DNA from: Candidatus Nanohalarchaeota archaeon | Lineage (GTDB): Archaea > Nanohalarchaeota > Nanosalinia > Nanosalinales > Nanosalinaceae | Length of the DNA: 64,000 nucleotides | Reading direction: 5' to 3' | Assembly (NCBI GenBank): GCA_022729235.1 | Contig: JALDAJ010000001.1 | Coordinates: 288,001 to 352,000 of the forward strand | Part shown: piece by piece, positions 54,996-63,938 of the stretch | Numbering within the stretch: position 1 is the stretch's first letter | Layout: every line of letters starts with the position of its first letter | The notes under the pieces: generated by a model | Seen by the model: only the letters and a program-made list of their open reading frames with translations | Told to the model about the DNA's origin: nothing | The model's database searches: none | Made by a program: the position numbers and the translations under genes

Positions 54996-56150
54996 TTACT
55001 CTTCCACCCTTTCACTCAGTACCTGGAAGTTGTTTAGCTGGTAGGCTGTGTCGCTGCTGATAACTACTACGTTATCGCCTTCGATAAGGTCTTCTGCAGA
55101 CACTTCCACCTCGTTTTCCCCGTTTTCAGGCGTCAATTCATATACTTCCTCCCCGTTAATCTCTATCTCCATAGGTCTCGGTGAAGGCAACATCTGCTGG
55201 TAGTCGAATCTTACCAGTGTCCGTGTATCATCGCTTTGGGCAAAGCTGAGTTCTGCACTATCCATCTCGAACACGTCCCTGAGCGTCTGGGTGTCCGTAG
55301 TACCTATTGAACGCATCGTCACCTGGGCGTTTTCTATCTCATACTCCGCTTCACCATCAGTTTCAAACGTTATGGAGTTGTAACCCGGGACCAGGTCTGC
55401 ATCTCCACGGTCAAGCTTGACTTCTTCTGCAAGAACTCTGACCTGTTCATGGGAGTATACCTGATTACCGTTAACATATATTTCAAGAGGGTCTGTCCTG
55501 ACCGAACTGGCTATTCCGAAGGTCAGTTCCGCGTCAACGAAGTCCTGTAACTCGTAGTCGTAGATACGGAACGAGTCTCTGTAATCATGGAACCTCCTGT
55601 CGTTTACCGTGACCTCTACATCTTCAACAGTATATGTGGTGCTGGAAAGTAGTCCTCCCCTGGTTGTTCCGAGCACTATCTCGTTCATACCGTGATTTAG
55701 TACGCCTTCAGGGATCTCTACATCCTGGCTGCTTCCGGATATCATCTGTTCCTCGAAAACTCTTTCATCATTCGCCTCGACGTATACTGCTCCGTCACCG
55801 TCGCGACCAAGAATATCGAATTCAACGTTACCTTCCCGGGGCTGTGTCGCGTTGTACTCCACAACCACATTATCGCTTCCGAAAAGCCTGTTTTCCAGTC
55901 TTTCCTGCCTTGTCCTGTACGCCTGTACGTCCCCGCGCGTCTCACCGACCGTGAAATCTCCGAGGGTTACAGTGCGTAAATCATGCTCGGCGCTCCCTAC
56001 CTCTCCAAAGCTTTCTGACATGAAAACAACCTGTTCACCGGGCTCTTCTCCTGTAACTTCGAAGTCCTGCGCCACTATAAACGCCAGACCGAACACGGCG
56101 AGCCCTACAACTATTATTACCGGGAACGGCGGTATCCCATCATCTCCCAT
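54996..56150 (-). CDS. Membrane-anchored beta-rich surface protein
   Basis: N-terminal TM and three repeats of (V/I)x(V/I/A)N...L..G.N. Confidence 0.8.
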   Translation of the reverse strand: MGDDGIPPFPVIIVVGLAVFGLAFIVAQDFEVTGEEPGEQVVFMSESFGEVGSAEHDLRTVTLGDFTVGETRGDVQAYRTRQERLENRLFGSDNVVVEYNATQPREGNVEFDILGRDGDGAVYVEANDERVFEEQMISGSSQDVEIPEGVLNHGMNEIVLGTTRGGLLSSTTYTVEDVEVTVNDRRFHDYRDSFRIYDYELQDFVDAELTFGIASSVRTDPLEIYVNGNQVYSHEQVRVLAEEVKLDRGDADLVPGYNSITFETDGEAEYEIENAQVTMRSIGTTDTQTLRDVFEMDSAELSFAQSDDTRTLVRFDYQQMLPSPRPMEIEINGEEVYELTPENGENEVEVSAEDLIEGDNVVVISSDTAYQLNNFQVLSERVEE

Positions 56151-56203
56151 ATAGTAACGGTATAGATTCGAGGTTTTTATTTGTGGTCTGACCGGAGATA
56201 GAT

Positions 56204-57193
56204 ATGGAACTGCTTAAAACGGATAGGAGCGATGGGTATGCGAAGATAAGGGTCGAGAACGAGGATGACCTGTGGTACCTGAAGGACATAATAGGAAAAG
56301 GAGACAGGGTCAAGGCGATGACTCAGAGGACGAAACTGGACGGTAGAGAAAAGAAAACGCTGAAACTTACGCTGGGAGTCGAGAAGATGAATTACGAGAA
56401 AGGTCGCCTCAGGGTCACAGGAGAGATAACACACGCAGCGGACGACGTTGAACTCGGCTACCACACCTTCAATCTGGAACCAGGGAAAGAGTTCGAGCTA
56501 TGGAAGGAGTTCTCAGGTGATGAGTGGTCGCGCCTGCAGGAGGCGGAGACAAAAGAATCGTACAAGGTGCTTTTCTGCCTGGTGGAGAAGGGAAAAGCCG
56601 ACCTGTTCCTCGTGGAAGAATCAGGTATTTCCGATTTGTCCAAGCTACAGGAAAACATTCCCGGCAAGCTTTACGACGACCAGGAGACAGGGGAAGAGTT
56701 CCACAAAGAAGTGGTGAGCGTGATAGAGCGCTCCGCGGAGGGAGTTGACAACGTTGTGCTCGCCGGACCAGGCTTCCAGAAGCAGAAAGTCCATAATCTC
56801 CTGCCAGAAGATGTGACGGATAAGACGCTTATCGAAGATACGTCCTCAACCGGCGAGACCGGTCTCAATGAGGCAATCAAGCGCGGGGCGTTGAAGAAAG
56901 TGGTCGAGGAGTCCCGCGTAGGCGAGGAGACAGGGCTTGTCAAAGATTTCCTTGAGGAGCTGGAGCAGAACGGGAACGTGGATTACGGAGAACCTGTGAA
57001 GGAACTTGCGGGACAGGGAGCTGTCAAGAAGCTTCTTGTAACGCAGGAAAAATCCCGGGAAGAACAGGAATTAATCAGTACTGTTGAGCAACAGGGCGGA
57101 GATGTAGAGATGATTCATACCGATCACGAAGCCGGTAAGAGACTGGAGAACTTTGGAGGTATAGCTGCTTTCCTACGCTATAAACCGAAGTAG
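56204..57193 (+). CDS. pelA: mRNA surveillance protein pelota
   Basis: DDLWYL, RLRVTG, GYHT, LAGPGF and FGGIAAFLRY motifs. Confidence 0.95.
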   Translation: MELLKTDRSDGYAKIRVENEDDLWYLKDIIGKGDRVKAMTQRTKLDGREKKTLKLTLGVEKMNYEKGRLRVTGEITHAADDVELGYHTFNLEPGKEFELWKEFSGDEWSRLQEAETKESYKVLFCLVEKGKADLFLVEESGISDLSKLQENIPGKLYDDQETGEEFHKEVVSVIERSAEGVDNVVLAGPGFQKQKVHNLLPEDVTDKTLIEDTSSTGETGLNEAIKRGALKKVVEESRVGEETGLVKDFLEELEQNGNVDYGEPVKELAGQGAVKKLLVTQEKSREEQELISTVEQQGGDVEMIHTDHEAGKRLENFGGIAAFLRYKPK

Positions 57194-58309
57194 CTATGGT
57201 CGGGACTGGAGGGTTACAGGAACATCAAGTCTTTCGCCGTCGCGTATAACAGTTACATCAACTGTCTCCCCGACTTCTGTCTCCCGCTCAAGATATAGAA
57301 GGATGTCGCTTATATCATTCATATCTTCGCCGTTTATCGCCACTATCACATCCCCTCCGATAACTCTTTCTCGACCATCTATCTCAATGGTCTCGTTTCC
57401 GGCTCTTATGCCTGCTTCATCTGACGGACCGCCATCAACAACTTCGACAATGTGGAAACCTTTCTCTTCTTCAAGATCCATCTCCTCTGCTATATCCGGA
57501 TCAATCGTCGTTCCAGAGACTCCTAGCCATGGGTGCTCATGCCCTCCTTCACCTATGATCTCTGATACTACTCGCTCTACAGTGTTTGAAGGTACCGCAA
57601 GCCCTACCCCGGAAAAGGCTCCGGAACGGGTCTCGATAGCGGTGTTGACACCTATGACCTCTCCTCTATCATTAAGCAGAGGTCCTCCAGAGTTGCCGGG
57701 ATTAATCGCGGCGTCTGTCTGTATAACATTAGGAATCGAGAAATCGCCTTCGGTCCTTATAAGACGGTCTTTCTGTGAGACTATTCCTGCGGTCATTGTC
57801 CCACTGAGACCGAACGGGTTGCCGATAGCGATCGCTGTCTCTCCTACCTGGACCTCTGTCGAGTCAGCTAGTTCAAGAGGTGTCAGTCCTTGCTTATCTA
57901 CTTTAAGAACCGCGAGATCTGAGTAGACATCGTGTCCAACCACCTCTGCGTCCACTGTTTCCTCTTCGGTGAAGGTGACCCGGATATCCTCCGCTCTTTC
58001 TATGACATGATGGTTCGTCACTATGTATCCTTCATCTGAATAAACGAACCCTGAGCCCTGCACCGGTTCAGGACCAGTAGAGCTTATCGAGACGACCGAC
58101 TGGTCCGCCCTCTGGAAAAGCTCTGTCAGAGAGGTCTGGCTAGTATGATCCAGTTTTATCTCGCTCTCCTGTCCCTGTAGCCCCTGGACCTGTTCCTCAA
58201 TACTTTCGATCCTGTCATCCATCTGCTGGTACATGAGCGCTCCGCCAGTAACGGAACCGAAAAGAAAAATCGCCAGCGCTCCCAGGGCTTCTGTTTTCCC
58301 TAAATCCAT
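57194..58309 (-). CDS. htrA: HtrA/DegP-like serine protease with PDZ domain
   Basis: GSGF, TNHHV, SDLAVL and IQTDAAINPGNSGGPL motifs; C-terminal PDZ. Confidence 0.95.
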   Translation of the reverse strand: MDLGKTEALGALAIFLFGSVTGGALMYQQMDDRIESIEEQVQGLQGQESEIKLDHTSQTSLTELFQRADQSVVSISSTGPEPVQGSGFVYSDEGYIVTNHHVIERAEDIRVTFTEEETVDAEVVGHDVYSDLAVLKVDKQGLTPLELADSTEVQVGETAIAIGNPFGLSGTMTAGIVSQKDRLIRTEGDFSIPNVIQTDAAINPGNSGGPLLNDRGEVIGVNTAIETRSGAFSGVGLAVPSNTVERVVSEIIGEGGHEHPWLGVSGTTIDPDIAEEMDLEEEKGFHIVEVVDGGPSDEAGIRAGNETIEIDGRERVIGGDVIVAINGEDMNDISDILLYLERETEVGETVDVTVIRDGERLDVPVTLQSRP

Positions 58310-58346
58310 GACTAAGTTAAAGAGAAGGAGTTTTTTATGACCACGG

Positions 58347-59243
58347 CTATCCGAAGGTTAGTGCGTACATCCTCGTTTTTCTATCCGGACTTAGTGTTAG
58401 CTCCGCCTTCCTGTACTGCGCCTTAATCAATGAATAAAAACGTGGCTTCTTCGCCCGCACATAGCTCCTGCCACCTTCCACTCTCAGGTCTTCACCTGCA
58501 AAAGAATGTGGAACCGGTTCTCCATCAATCCTTACCTCGATATCGCGTATACCGTCGTTAGGCTCCGCGACAATCCCGACCTCAGATGCCCTGAAGTAGA
58601 AGAAAAGTTCGCCGTCATCAGCTTCCAGGTACTCTCTCTCCTGCCGCCATTCCCCATCTAGATACACCCTGTCCAGTTTTCTGTTACCCGGCGCGGAAAA
58701 CTCTTTTTCACCCCTGAAGTTACCTCTACTATTTATGCCCCGGCACCCCTGGAAACCCAGGTATGTCCCCGGAGAGACTTCCCTGTCCGTTCCACGGTCT
58801 TCCTGGACTACCTCCTTCTCTTCTACACCCAGGGTGTCCGCTATGGCTGTCTCGATATCCTTTAATCGGTCTCTACCGCTGTTCTGCCAGACTATCTCAC
58901 CGTCCCGGACCAGAAACTGTCGGGCACCCCGGTTCACCCCGTAAGCCTCCCTGATAGCGCTAGAGGCTTGTGCGACAGGATAACTTATTCCCTGTCTCTT
59001 GACCTCTGCCTCCAAGTTACCAGTTTTACGCTCGAACCCGAACTCCGGGTTATGTACGCCCACAACATCCAGCGGGTATTCACCGTGTATCTTCTGCAGT
59101 TTCTCTGCTCTATCCAGACAGCACGGACAGCTGTAGGACCAGAAATCGAGCAGGTACTCTCCTTTACCAATAGACTCTGGACCATAATTCAGCCAGTCCT
59201 CCACCTGTAGTTCTGGTGCCCGAGAGTTCAGAAGCGGCATCAA
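58347..59243 (-). CDS. Redoxin with DipZ-like C-terminal domain
   Basis: LDFWSYSCPCC, VGVHNPEFGFE, SPGTYLG and YALTFG end. Confidence 0.8.
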   Translation of the reverse strand: MMPLLNSRAPELQVEDWLNYGPESIGKGEYLLDFWSYSCPCCLDRAEKLQKIHGEYPLDVVGVHNPEFGFERKTGNLEAEVKRQGISYPVAQASSAIREAYGVNRGARQFLVRDGEIVWQNSGRDRLKDIETAIADTLGVEEKEVVQEDRGTDREVSPGTYLGFQGCRGINSRGNFRGEKEFSAPGNRKLDRVYLDGEWRQEREYLEADDGELFFYFRASEVGIVAEPNDGIRDIEVRIDGEPVPHSFAGEDLRVEGGRSYVRAKKPRFYSLIKAQYRKAELTLSPDRKTRMYALTFG

Positions 59244-59273
59244 CTAGGATTTAAGTCTGGCTGTAAATAACGC

Positions 59274-59654
59274 TTGTGTATGGACTGGAGAAAATACCTC
59301 TTCGAGCTCACACCTCTCGCGAAAGCGGATAAAGAGGTACGTGGCTTCCTGGAACAGGGACTGGAACCTCACCAGTTCGAGAGGTACGAGAAATCATTGA
59401 ACAGGTACCGGTACGTCAAAGTTACTCAGATCGTCCTGAAAGTGCTTCTCTACGCAAGTATAATAACTTCGGTTGCAGCGACCGTCGGATTCAGAGGCGA
59501 GTTAATAATCCTGGAGAGATTAGCCTCCTACATCGGTACGACAGTTATACTTCTCCTGTACATAGTCACCAGTTATGTGGCCTTGATAAGGCGTGAGGCG
59601 TACCACGTCCAGCGCGAAATCCTTCTAGCGCAGGCAGACTGGAGCGATTACTAA
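59274..59654 (+). CDS. Two-TM membrane protein (start probably MDWRK)
   Basis: Two hydrophobic helices. Confidence 0.7.
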   Translation: MCMDWRKYLFELTPLAKADKEVRGFLEQGLEPHQFERYEKSLNRYRYVKVTQIVLKVLLYASIITSVAATVGFRGELIILERLASYIGTTVILLLYIVTSYVALIRREAYHVQREILLAQADWSDY

Positions 59655-60235
59655 CCCGTCCTTACCTCGTGACAGTCCCTGCACCGTGCTTCGTATTTCT
59701 CGTCAGCTCCCACAACGATAGTAGGGTCATCTCTATGGGCAGGGTCTCCATCGATTATCCTCTGGGTTCTGGTCGCTGGTTCCCCGCATTTCACACATAT
59801 CGCCTGTAGTTTGTCAACATACTCAGATCTCGCTATTAACTCGTGGACAGGTTCGAAAGGTTCGCCCCGGAAATCCGTGTCAAGCCCTGCCAGTATAACT
59901 CTACGTCCGTTATCTGCTAACTTCTCACATATCTCAATAAGCTCTGCAGAGAAGAAGTTCGCCTCGTCAAAAGCCACTACCTCCTCTCCATTAAGCCTCT
60001 CCTCTGCTTCCCCAACATCTTCGGGATCAATAACCTCCGCCTCCCACTGCTTCCCGTTATGCGAGCCGATGCTGTCCTCGCTGTAACGGTCATCTATAGA
60101 CGGCTTGAAAACCACAACATCCTGACCGGCGATCTCCGCCCGATCCAGCCTTCTTATCAGTTCATCAGTTTTACCGGAAAACATGCATCCCGTGATAACT
60201 TCCATCCATCCACCTGAAAGAGAGCGGGGACTCAT
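59651..60235 (-). CDS. tdk: Thymidine kinase
   Basis: GCMFSGKT, DEANF, AGLDTDFRGEPF, CVKCG and YEARCRDCH motifs. Confidence 0.96.
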   Translation of the reverse strand: MSPRSLSGGWMEVITGCMFSGKTDELIRRLDRAEIAGQDVVVFKPSIDDRYSEDSIGSHNGKQWEAEVIDPEDVGEAEERLNGEEVVAFDEANFFSAELIEICEKLADNGRRVILAGLDTDFRGEPFEPVHELIARSEYVDKLQAICVKCGEPATRTQRIIDGDPAHRDDPTIVVGADEKYEARCRDCHEVRTG

Positions 60236-60268
60236 CAGTTCAAAACCGGAAACCTGACGATTAAGTAA

Positions 60269-61057
60269 CTATCCTCGACTGAATATTTCTCTCAGCTCCA
60301 AAATCTCTTCCGCATCGTTTTCGTCCGTAGTGTTATCGTTTCTCAATAGCTCCAGGTTCTCCCGGTGAAACGGCGGTGAGAAGAATCCCAGGTATCTGAA
60401 CTGGGCTTCGATGAGGGGCTGGGTGTGAGGCACCAAGAAGCACCTGCATCCCTTCTCCCGGTAGAGATGTCGCGCCATCTCACCCATCTTGATTCTTTCC
60501 TTCCCTGCCGCGTTAAGAGTCTCGTTATTGTAATCCTCCAGAGTCTCGACTATTAAATCCGTGAAATCATCACCATGAATAGGTTGCATCTCAGTCTTGA
60601 TATCTGGGAACAACCTTGTGAACGCGAACTTACCCATAAGTTCCAGCAGTTTGTTTTCCTCACCGTAGACAGTCGATGGGCGGATAATAGTGTAGTCGTT
60701 TCCAGAGTTTTCCACGAGTTCTTCCGCCGCCTTCTTCGTCCTGAGAAAGCTGTGATCGATCTCGCCCGCGCCGAGCGCGCTTAGATAAATCACTTTACCG
60801 CAGTCGACAGCATCCAGCAGGTTCTTTGTCCCCTCAACATGGACCTTCCAGTACTCTTCCTCTCCATGGAAACCCGGCGAAAGACCTATAGTATGTATAA
60901 GAACATCGAAATAGCCTTCCACATTGAAATCCCTGGTGATATCCTCCTCGTAGTCCGCATCAGAACGGTCCAGGTAATCTACATCATGACCCTGCGACTC
61001 CAGCTTTTCGCCCAGCCTTGAACCGATGAAACCTTTACCTGCGATTAAAACCTTCAT
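60269..61057 (-). CDS. NAD(P)-binding atypical SDR/epimerase (NDUFA9-like)
   Basis: AGKGFIG, VHVEGTKN, LSALGA, TKKAAE and RPSTVYG motifs. Confidence 0.85.
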   Translation of the reverse strand: MKVLIAGKGFIGSRLGEKLESQGHDVDYLDRSDADYEEDITRDFNVEGYFDVLIHTIGLSPGFHGEEEYWKVHVEGTKNLLDAVDCGKVIYLSALGAGEIDHSFLRTKKAAEELVENSGNDYTIIRPSTVYGEENKLLELMGKFAFTRLFPDIKTEMQPIHGDDFTDLIVETLEDYNNETLNAAGKERIKMGEMARHLYREKGCRCFLVPHTQPLIEAQFRYLGFFSPPFHRENLELLRNDNTTDENDAEEILELREIFSRG

Positions 61058-61108
61058 ACCCTGAAATAGTCGATACGTATTTAGAACCGTTGTGGTGTAG
61101 AACCACTA

Positions 61109-62464
61109 TCACCCCAGTGCTTCTAAAGACCATACCATGCTGGAATCGAAGTCATTGTAAACATCAACACTCACGACCTCTGTCATCTCTTCCTCCGTCA
61201 CACTGTAAATCACCAGTTTTCCGTCTTGAACCACTGCCAGCTCATCGTTCCCGTCACCAGTGTAGTCAAACGTTTTCGCAGTGTAAAACGCCTCGAAGCT
61301 GTTCGAGAACCTTTCCGTGTACAGGTCTTCCATCGTTTCAGCTTTTACAACGTGAGCGAGGCTGTCCGATGACAGCGCGGCAACAAGGTTGCCTTCATCC
61401 CGCTCGATGAGGAACGGATAGAAATTCCGGACCGTGTCAGGCGACACCACCTGGTCATCCTCTACGAGCGATTCACCGTCAAACCGGTACTTTATCAGGG
61501 AGGCGTCGTTATTGTAAGGCTCGTCTCTCTGACCGACTCCGCCGATAACCGAGTTGTCTTCAGGATTGATTTTCACCTTCCTGATGTGGCTTTCATCCAG
61601 CTCGCCGGAGCTGTACGTTTTCCACTCTCCATTATCCCGGGTGAATAACTTGACGACACCGCTCTGCTCCTCGTCCCATGTGTTCGGCATCGAGGGCGTC
61701 GCAACTATATCATTCCTGCCGTCACCCGTTACGTCACCGGTCTCGACCTCGTGACTGTATGTGTTGTCGGCGCCGTACTCCTCGCGGTCGATTACCTCTT
61801 TATCCCAGTCACTTGAATCAAAAATCGCGGTTATCCCGTCGAAATGCGTCGTCACCAGCACCTCATTCACGCCGTCTCCGTCAACATCCGCGACATCGAT
61901 ATCACGTATCCTGTCGTCCAGCTGTCCGATTATCTCGTAACTGACCTCTGCATTTTCTCCGACCATTCCTCCTAACAGGTATCCGCTGTCATAGGTTCCA
62001 GCGTAGAAGTCGTACTCCGATTCGTCGCCCGCCTTCTCTATCGTGTGAACGGTCAGTTCGCCCTCTACCTGCGTTGAAATAATCTCTCCCCCGCTGAGCG
62101 CGACGATGTTGCCCTCGGAGACATCCTGGTCAATGACCGCGAGATAAACACGCTCAAGCTGTCTCTCGATCCCTTCCTGGCTGACAAGAGGTAGTCTATC
62201 AGCCATCTCCAGCATCCTGTATACCATTCCCCGGTCTTCACTCTCCTGCTCGCTCTTCGCCTTCAAAAGCTCGGACTCGCCGATGAGAAACGTGAAGTCC
62301 TCGACACTCTCCGCGTCGTACGACTCCTTGACGATAGATTCCTCCTCGCCCGATGACAGGCTCCAAAAAACCAGCAGAACTCCCAGTGAAATGAGCATGA
62401 AGCCCAGAACCAGCTGCAGATTAGAGGAGAACACCGTGTCCATGAATCTCTTTTCCCCGCGCAC
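61109..62464 (-). CDS. Membrane-anchored FG-GAP/VCBS beta-propeller protein (start probably MDTVF)
   Basis: DVDGDGVNEV, DVTGDGRNDI and DYTGDGNDEL calcium-blade repeats. Confidence 0.8.
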   Translation of the reverse strand: MRGEKRFMDTVFSSNLQLVLGFMLISLGVLLVFWSLSSGEEESIVKESYDAESVEDFTFLIGESELLKAKSEQESEDRGMVYRMLEMADRLPLVSQEGIERQLERVYLAVIDQDVSEGNIVALSGGEIISTQVEGELTVHTIEKAGDESEYDFYAGTYDSGYLLGGMVGENAEVSYEIIGQLDDRIRDIDVADVDGDGVNEVLVTTHFDGITAIFDSSDWDKEVIDREEYGADNTYSHEVETGDVTGDGRNDIVATPSMPNTWDEEQSGVVKLFTRDNGEWKTYSSGELDESHIRKVKINPEDNSVIGGVGQRDEPYNNDASLIKYRFDGESLVEDDQVVSPDTVRNFYPFLIERDEGNLVAALSSDSLAHVVKAETMEDLYTERFSNSFEAFYTAKTFDYTGDGNDELAVVQDGKLVIYSVTEEEMTEVVSVDVYNDFDSSMVWSLEALG

Positions 62465-62495
62465 CTGTTTAAATCATGACCTGACAGAAGCAAGA

Positions 62496-62595
62496 AACGC
62501 CGGGGCGGGCACGAAATTCTCTGGAGAATTTCTGGAGCAGAAGTTCTCTGTGGAGAACTTCAAGATTTGAACCCGTCAAATCCCAACGAGGCGCT
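62496..62595 (-). ncRNA. Candidate structured element directly 3' of tRNA-Ser: closing stem plus three hairpins
   Basis: AGCGCC/GGCGTT outer stem; GATTTGA/TCAAATC, GAAGTTCTC/GAGAACTTC and GAAATTCTC/GAGAATTTC hairpins. Confidence 0.4.
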
Positions 62596-62600
62596 AAAAG

Positions 62601-62690
62601 CGTCGGGGGCGGGATTTGAACCCGCGTGGGAGCATTGCACCCCCAGTGGCTTAGCAAGCCACCGCAATGGCCAGGCTATGCGACCCCGAC
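62601..62690 (-). tRNA. tRNA-Ser(GCT)
   Basis: Acceptor GTCGGGG/CCCCGAC, anticodon arm GTGGC-TTGCTAA-GCCAC, long variable arm, T arm GCGGG-TTCAAAT-CCCGC, discriminator G. Confidence 0.95.
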
Positions 62691-62720
62691 ACGCAGTATG
62701 GAAAAGTAGGCGTGCAAATG

Positions 62721-62727
62721 TTTAAAA
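62721..62727 (-). promoter_or_regulatory. TATA box of tRNA-Ser
   Basis: TTTTAAA about 31-37 nt upstream of the mature 5' end. Confidence 0.5.
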
Positions 62728-62823
62728 TCCCTGAGTTAGTGGTTGAATATTTGCTATAAAAAGAGGTAGTCGCTAAGATGGAAACAAGAAGATAAAAAAG
62801 ATTAACTATCTTCTAGTGACACC

Positions 62824-63228
62824 ATGAAACGTCGAAGATTTCTGGAATTAGCTGGCGGAACAGGATCTGTGACCCTTGCAGGATGTATTGAAACTGATCC
62901 TCTCTGTAAAGACTATGAGCTTCACACCGATTCTTTGAATGGTCGCCAAGAACGAAAAATCAATTCTGAAGAAGGCACTGCTATCTTCAAACTACTATCA
63001 GTATCTGAAGATGAAGTCGCAAGGATGTATATAGAGGATGAAAGTACGGGAGAGTATCAAGTACATGAATTTGAGGATGGTCAGTACGATTTAGAAGATA
63101 TAACAGATGGCAGAATAGACTATCTACCGGATTTAGTGGTTAGTGACGTGAGAACCGAGGAGTACGCTCTGACCTTAGAAGATGACGGCATTATGGATTT
63201 CCACTTCGATCACAGTGGCCCTTGCTAA
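62824..63228 (+). CDS. Tat-type lipoprotein
   Basis: MKRRRFLELAGG...LAGC. Confidence 0.8.
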   Translation: MKRRRFLELAGGTGSVTLAGCIETDPLCKDYELHTDSLNGRQERKINSEEGTAIFKLLSVSEDEVARMYIEDESTGEYQVHEFEDGQYDLEDITDGRIDYLPDLVVSDVRTEEYALTLEDDGIMDFHFDHSGPC

Positions 63229-63322
63229 GAGCCTAAAACGAATCAGTTCTATGAAGTGCAAGCTATCTACCAAGTTATTTAAATTTCTGGAGGGTTATTC
63301 TGGGTTAGAGGTCAAGAAAACT

Positions 63323-63613
63323 ATGGCGGAAAATATAACCGACTTTTCAGACATCACCGACAAAGACGTCTTCACGAGAAACGGTTCCTACTGCGGAAAG
63401 CTGAAGGATGTAGAGCTTAACCTTGGTAAGTTCGGCGTCCGTGCGGTTGTTGTAGGCGCGAAAAAAGGTTCTTACCTGGCTCAAAAGGTAGGCGGTGCAA
63501 AGAATGTCGTCATCCCTTACAACATGGTTGAGGCGCTGGATGACGTTATCATAATCAAGGACTTCCAGACATCAGAAATGGGAGAGGAAACAGAGACGGC
63601 GGAAACTGCTTAA
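63323..63613 (+). CDS. PRC-barrel protein (CdpB-like)
   Basis: KDVFTRNGSYCGKLKDVEL...IPYNMVEALDDVIII; ATG at 63323. Confidence 0.85.
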   Translation: MAENITDFSDITDKDVFTRNGSYCGKLKDVELNLGKFGVRAVVVGAKKGSYLAQKVGGAKNVVIPYNMVEALDDVIIIKDFQTSEMGEETETAETA

Positions 63614-63638
63614 AAGAACCGAGCTTTAACCTTCTATC

Positions 63639-63938
63639 ATGGTACTGGAGCTACTGGTAACAGTCTTATACGAGACAGTCCAGCATTCATGGGCGATCGC
63701 CACAGTTGCTCTAAAATACGTACTCCTTGTTTCTGTAGTAGGTCTGGGCTACCGTAGAGAGCTTGATGCGACTACATTTATCGAGATTATCGAAAAGTAT
63801 TCCCGAGAGACCGTTACTGCGATAGTTGTGCTTGGGTTCCTGTTCGCGATGGTAGATACGAAGCCCGAGCCGGTATTCAGAGTTTTGAGCGAGATAGTTG
63901 CGCTGGCATATTTCGCATTCCTTTTCTGGCGCTTCTAG
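63639..63938 (+). CDS. Small three-TM membrane protein
   Basis: Three hydrophobic segments. Confidence 0.7.
   Translation: MVLELLVTVLYETVQHSWAIATVALKYVLLVSVVGLGYRRELDATTFIEIIEKYSRETVTAIVVLGFLFAMVDTKPEPVFRVLSEIVALAYFAFLFWRF

Noticed and set aside
62469-62657. 62-aa ORF
   Set aside because: It overlaps tRNA-Ser and its structured trailer.
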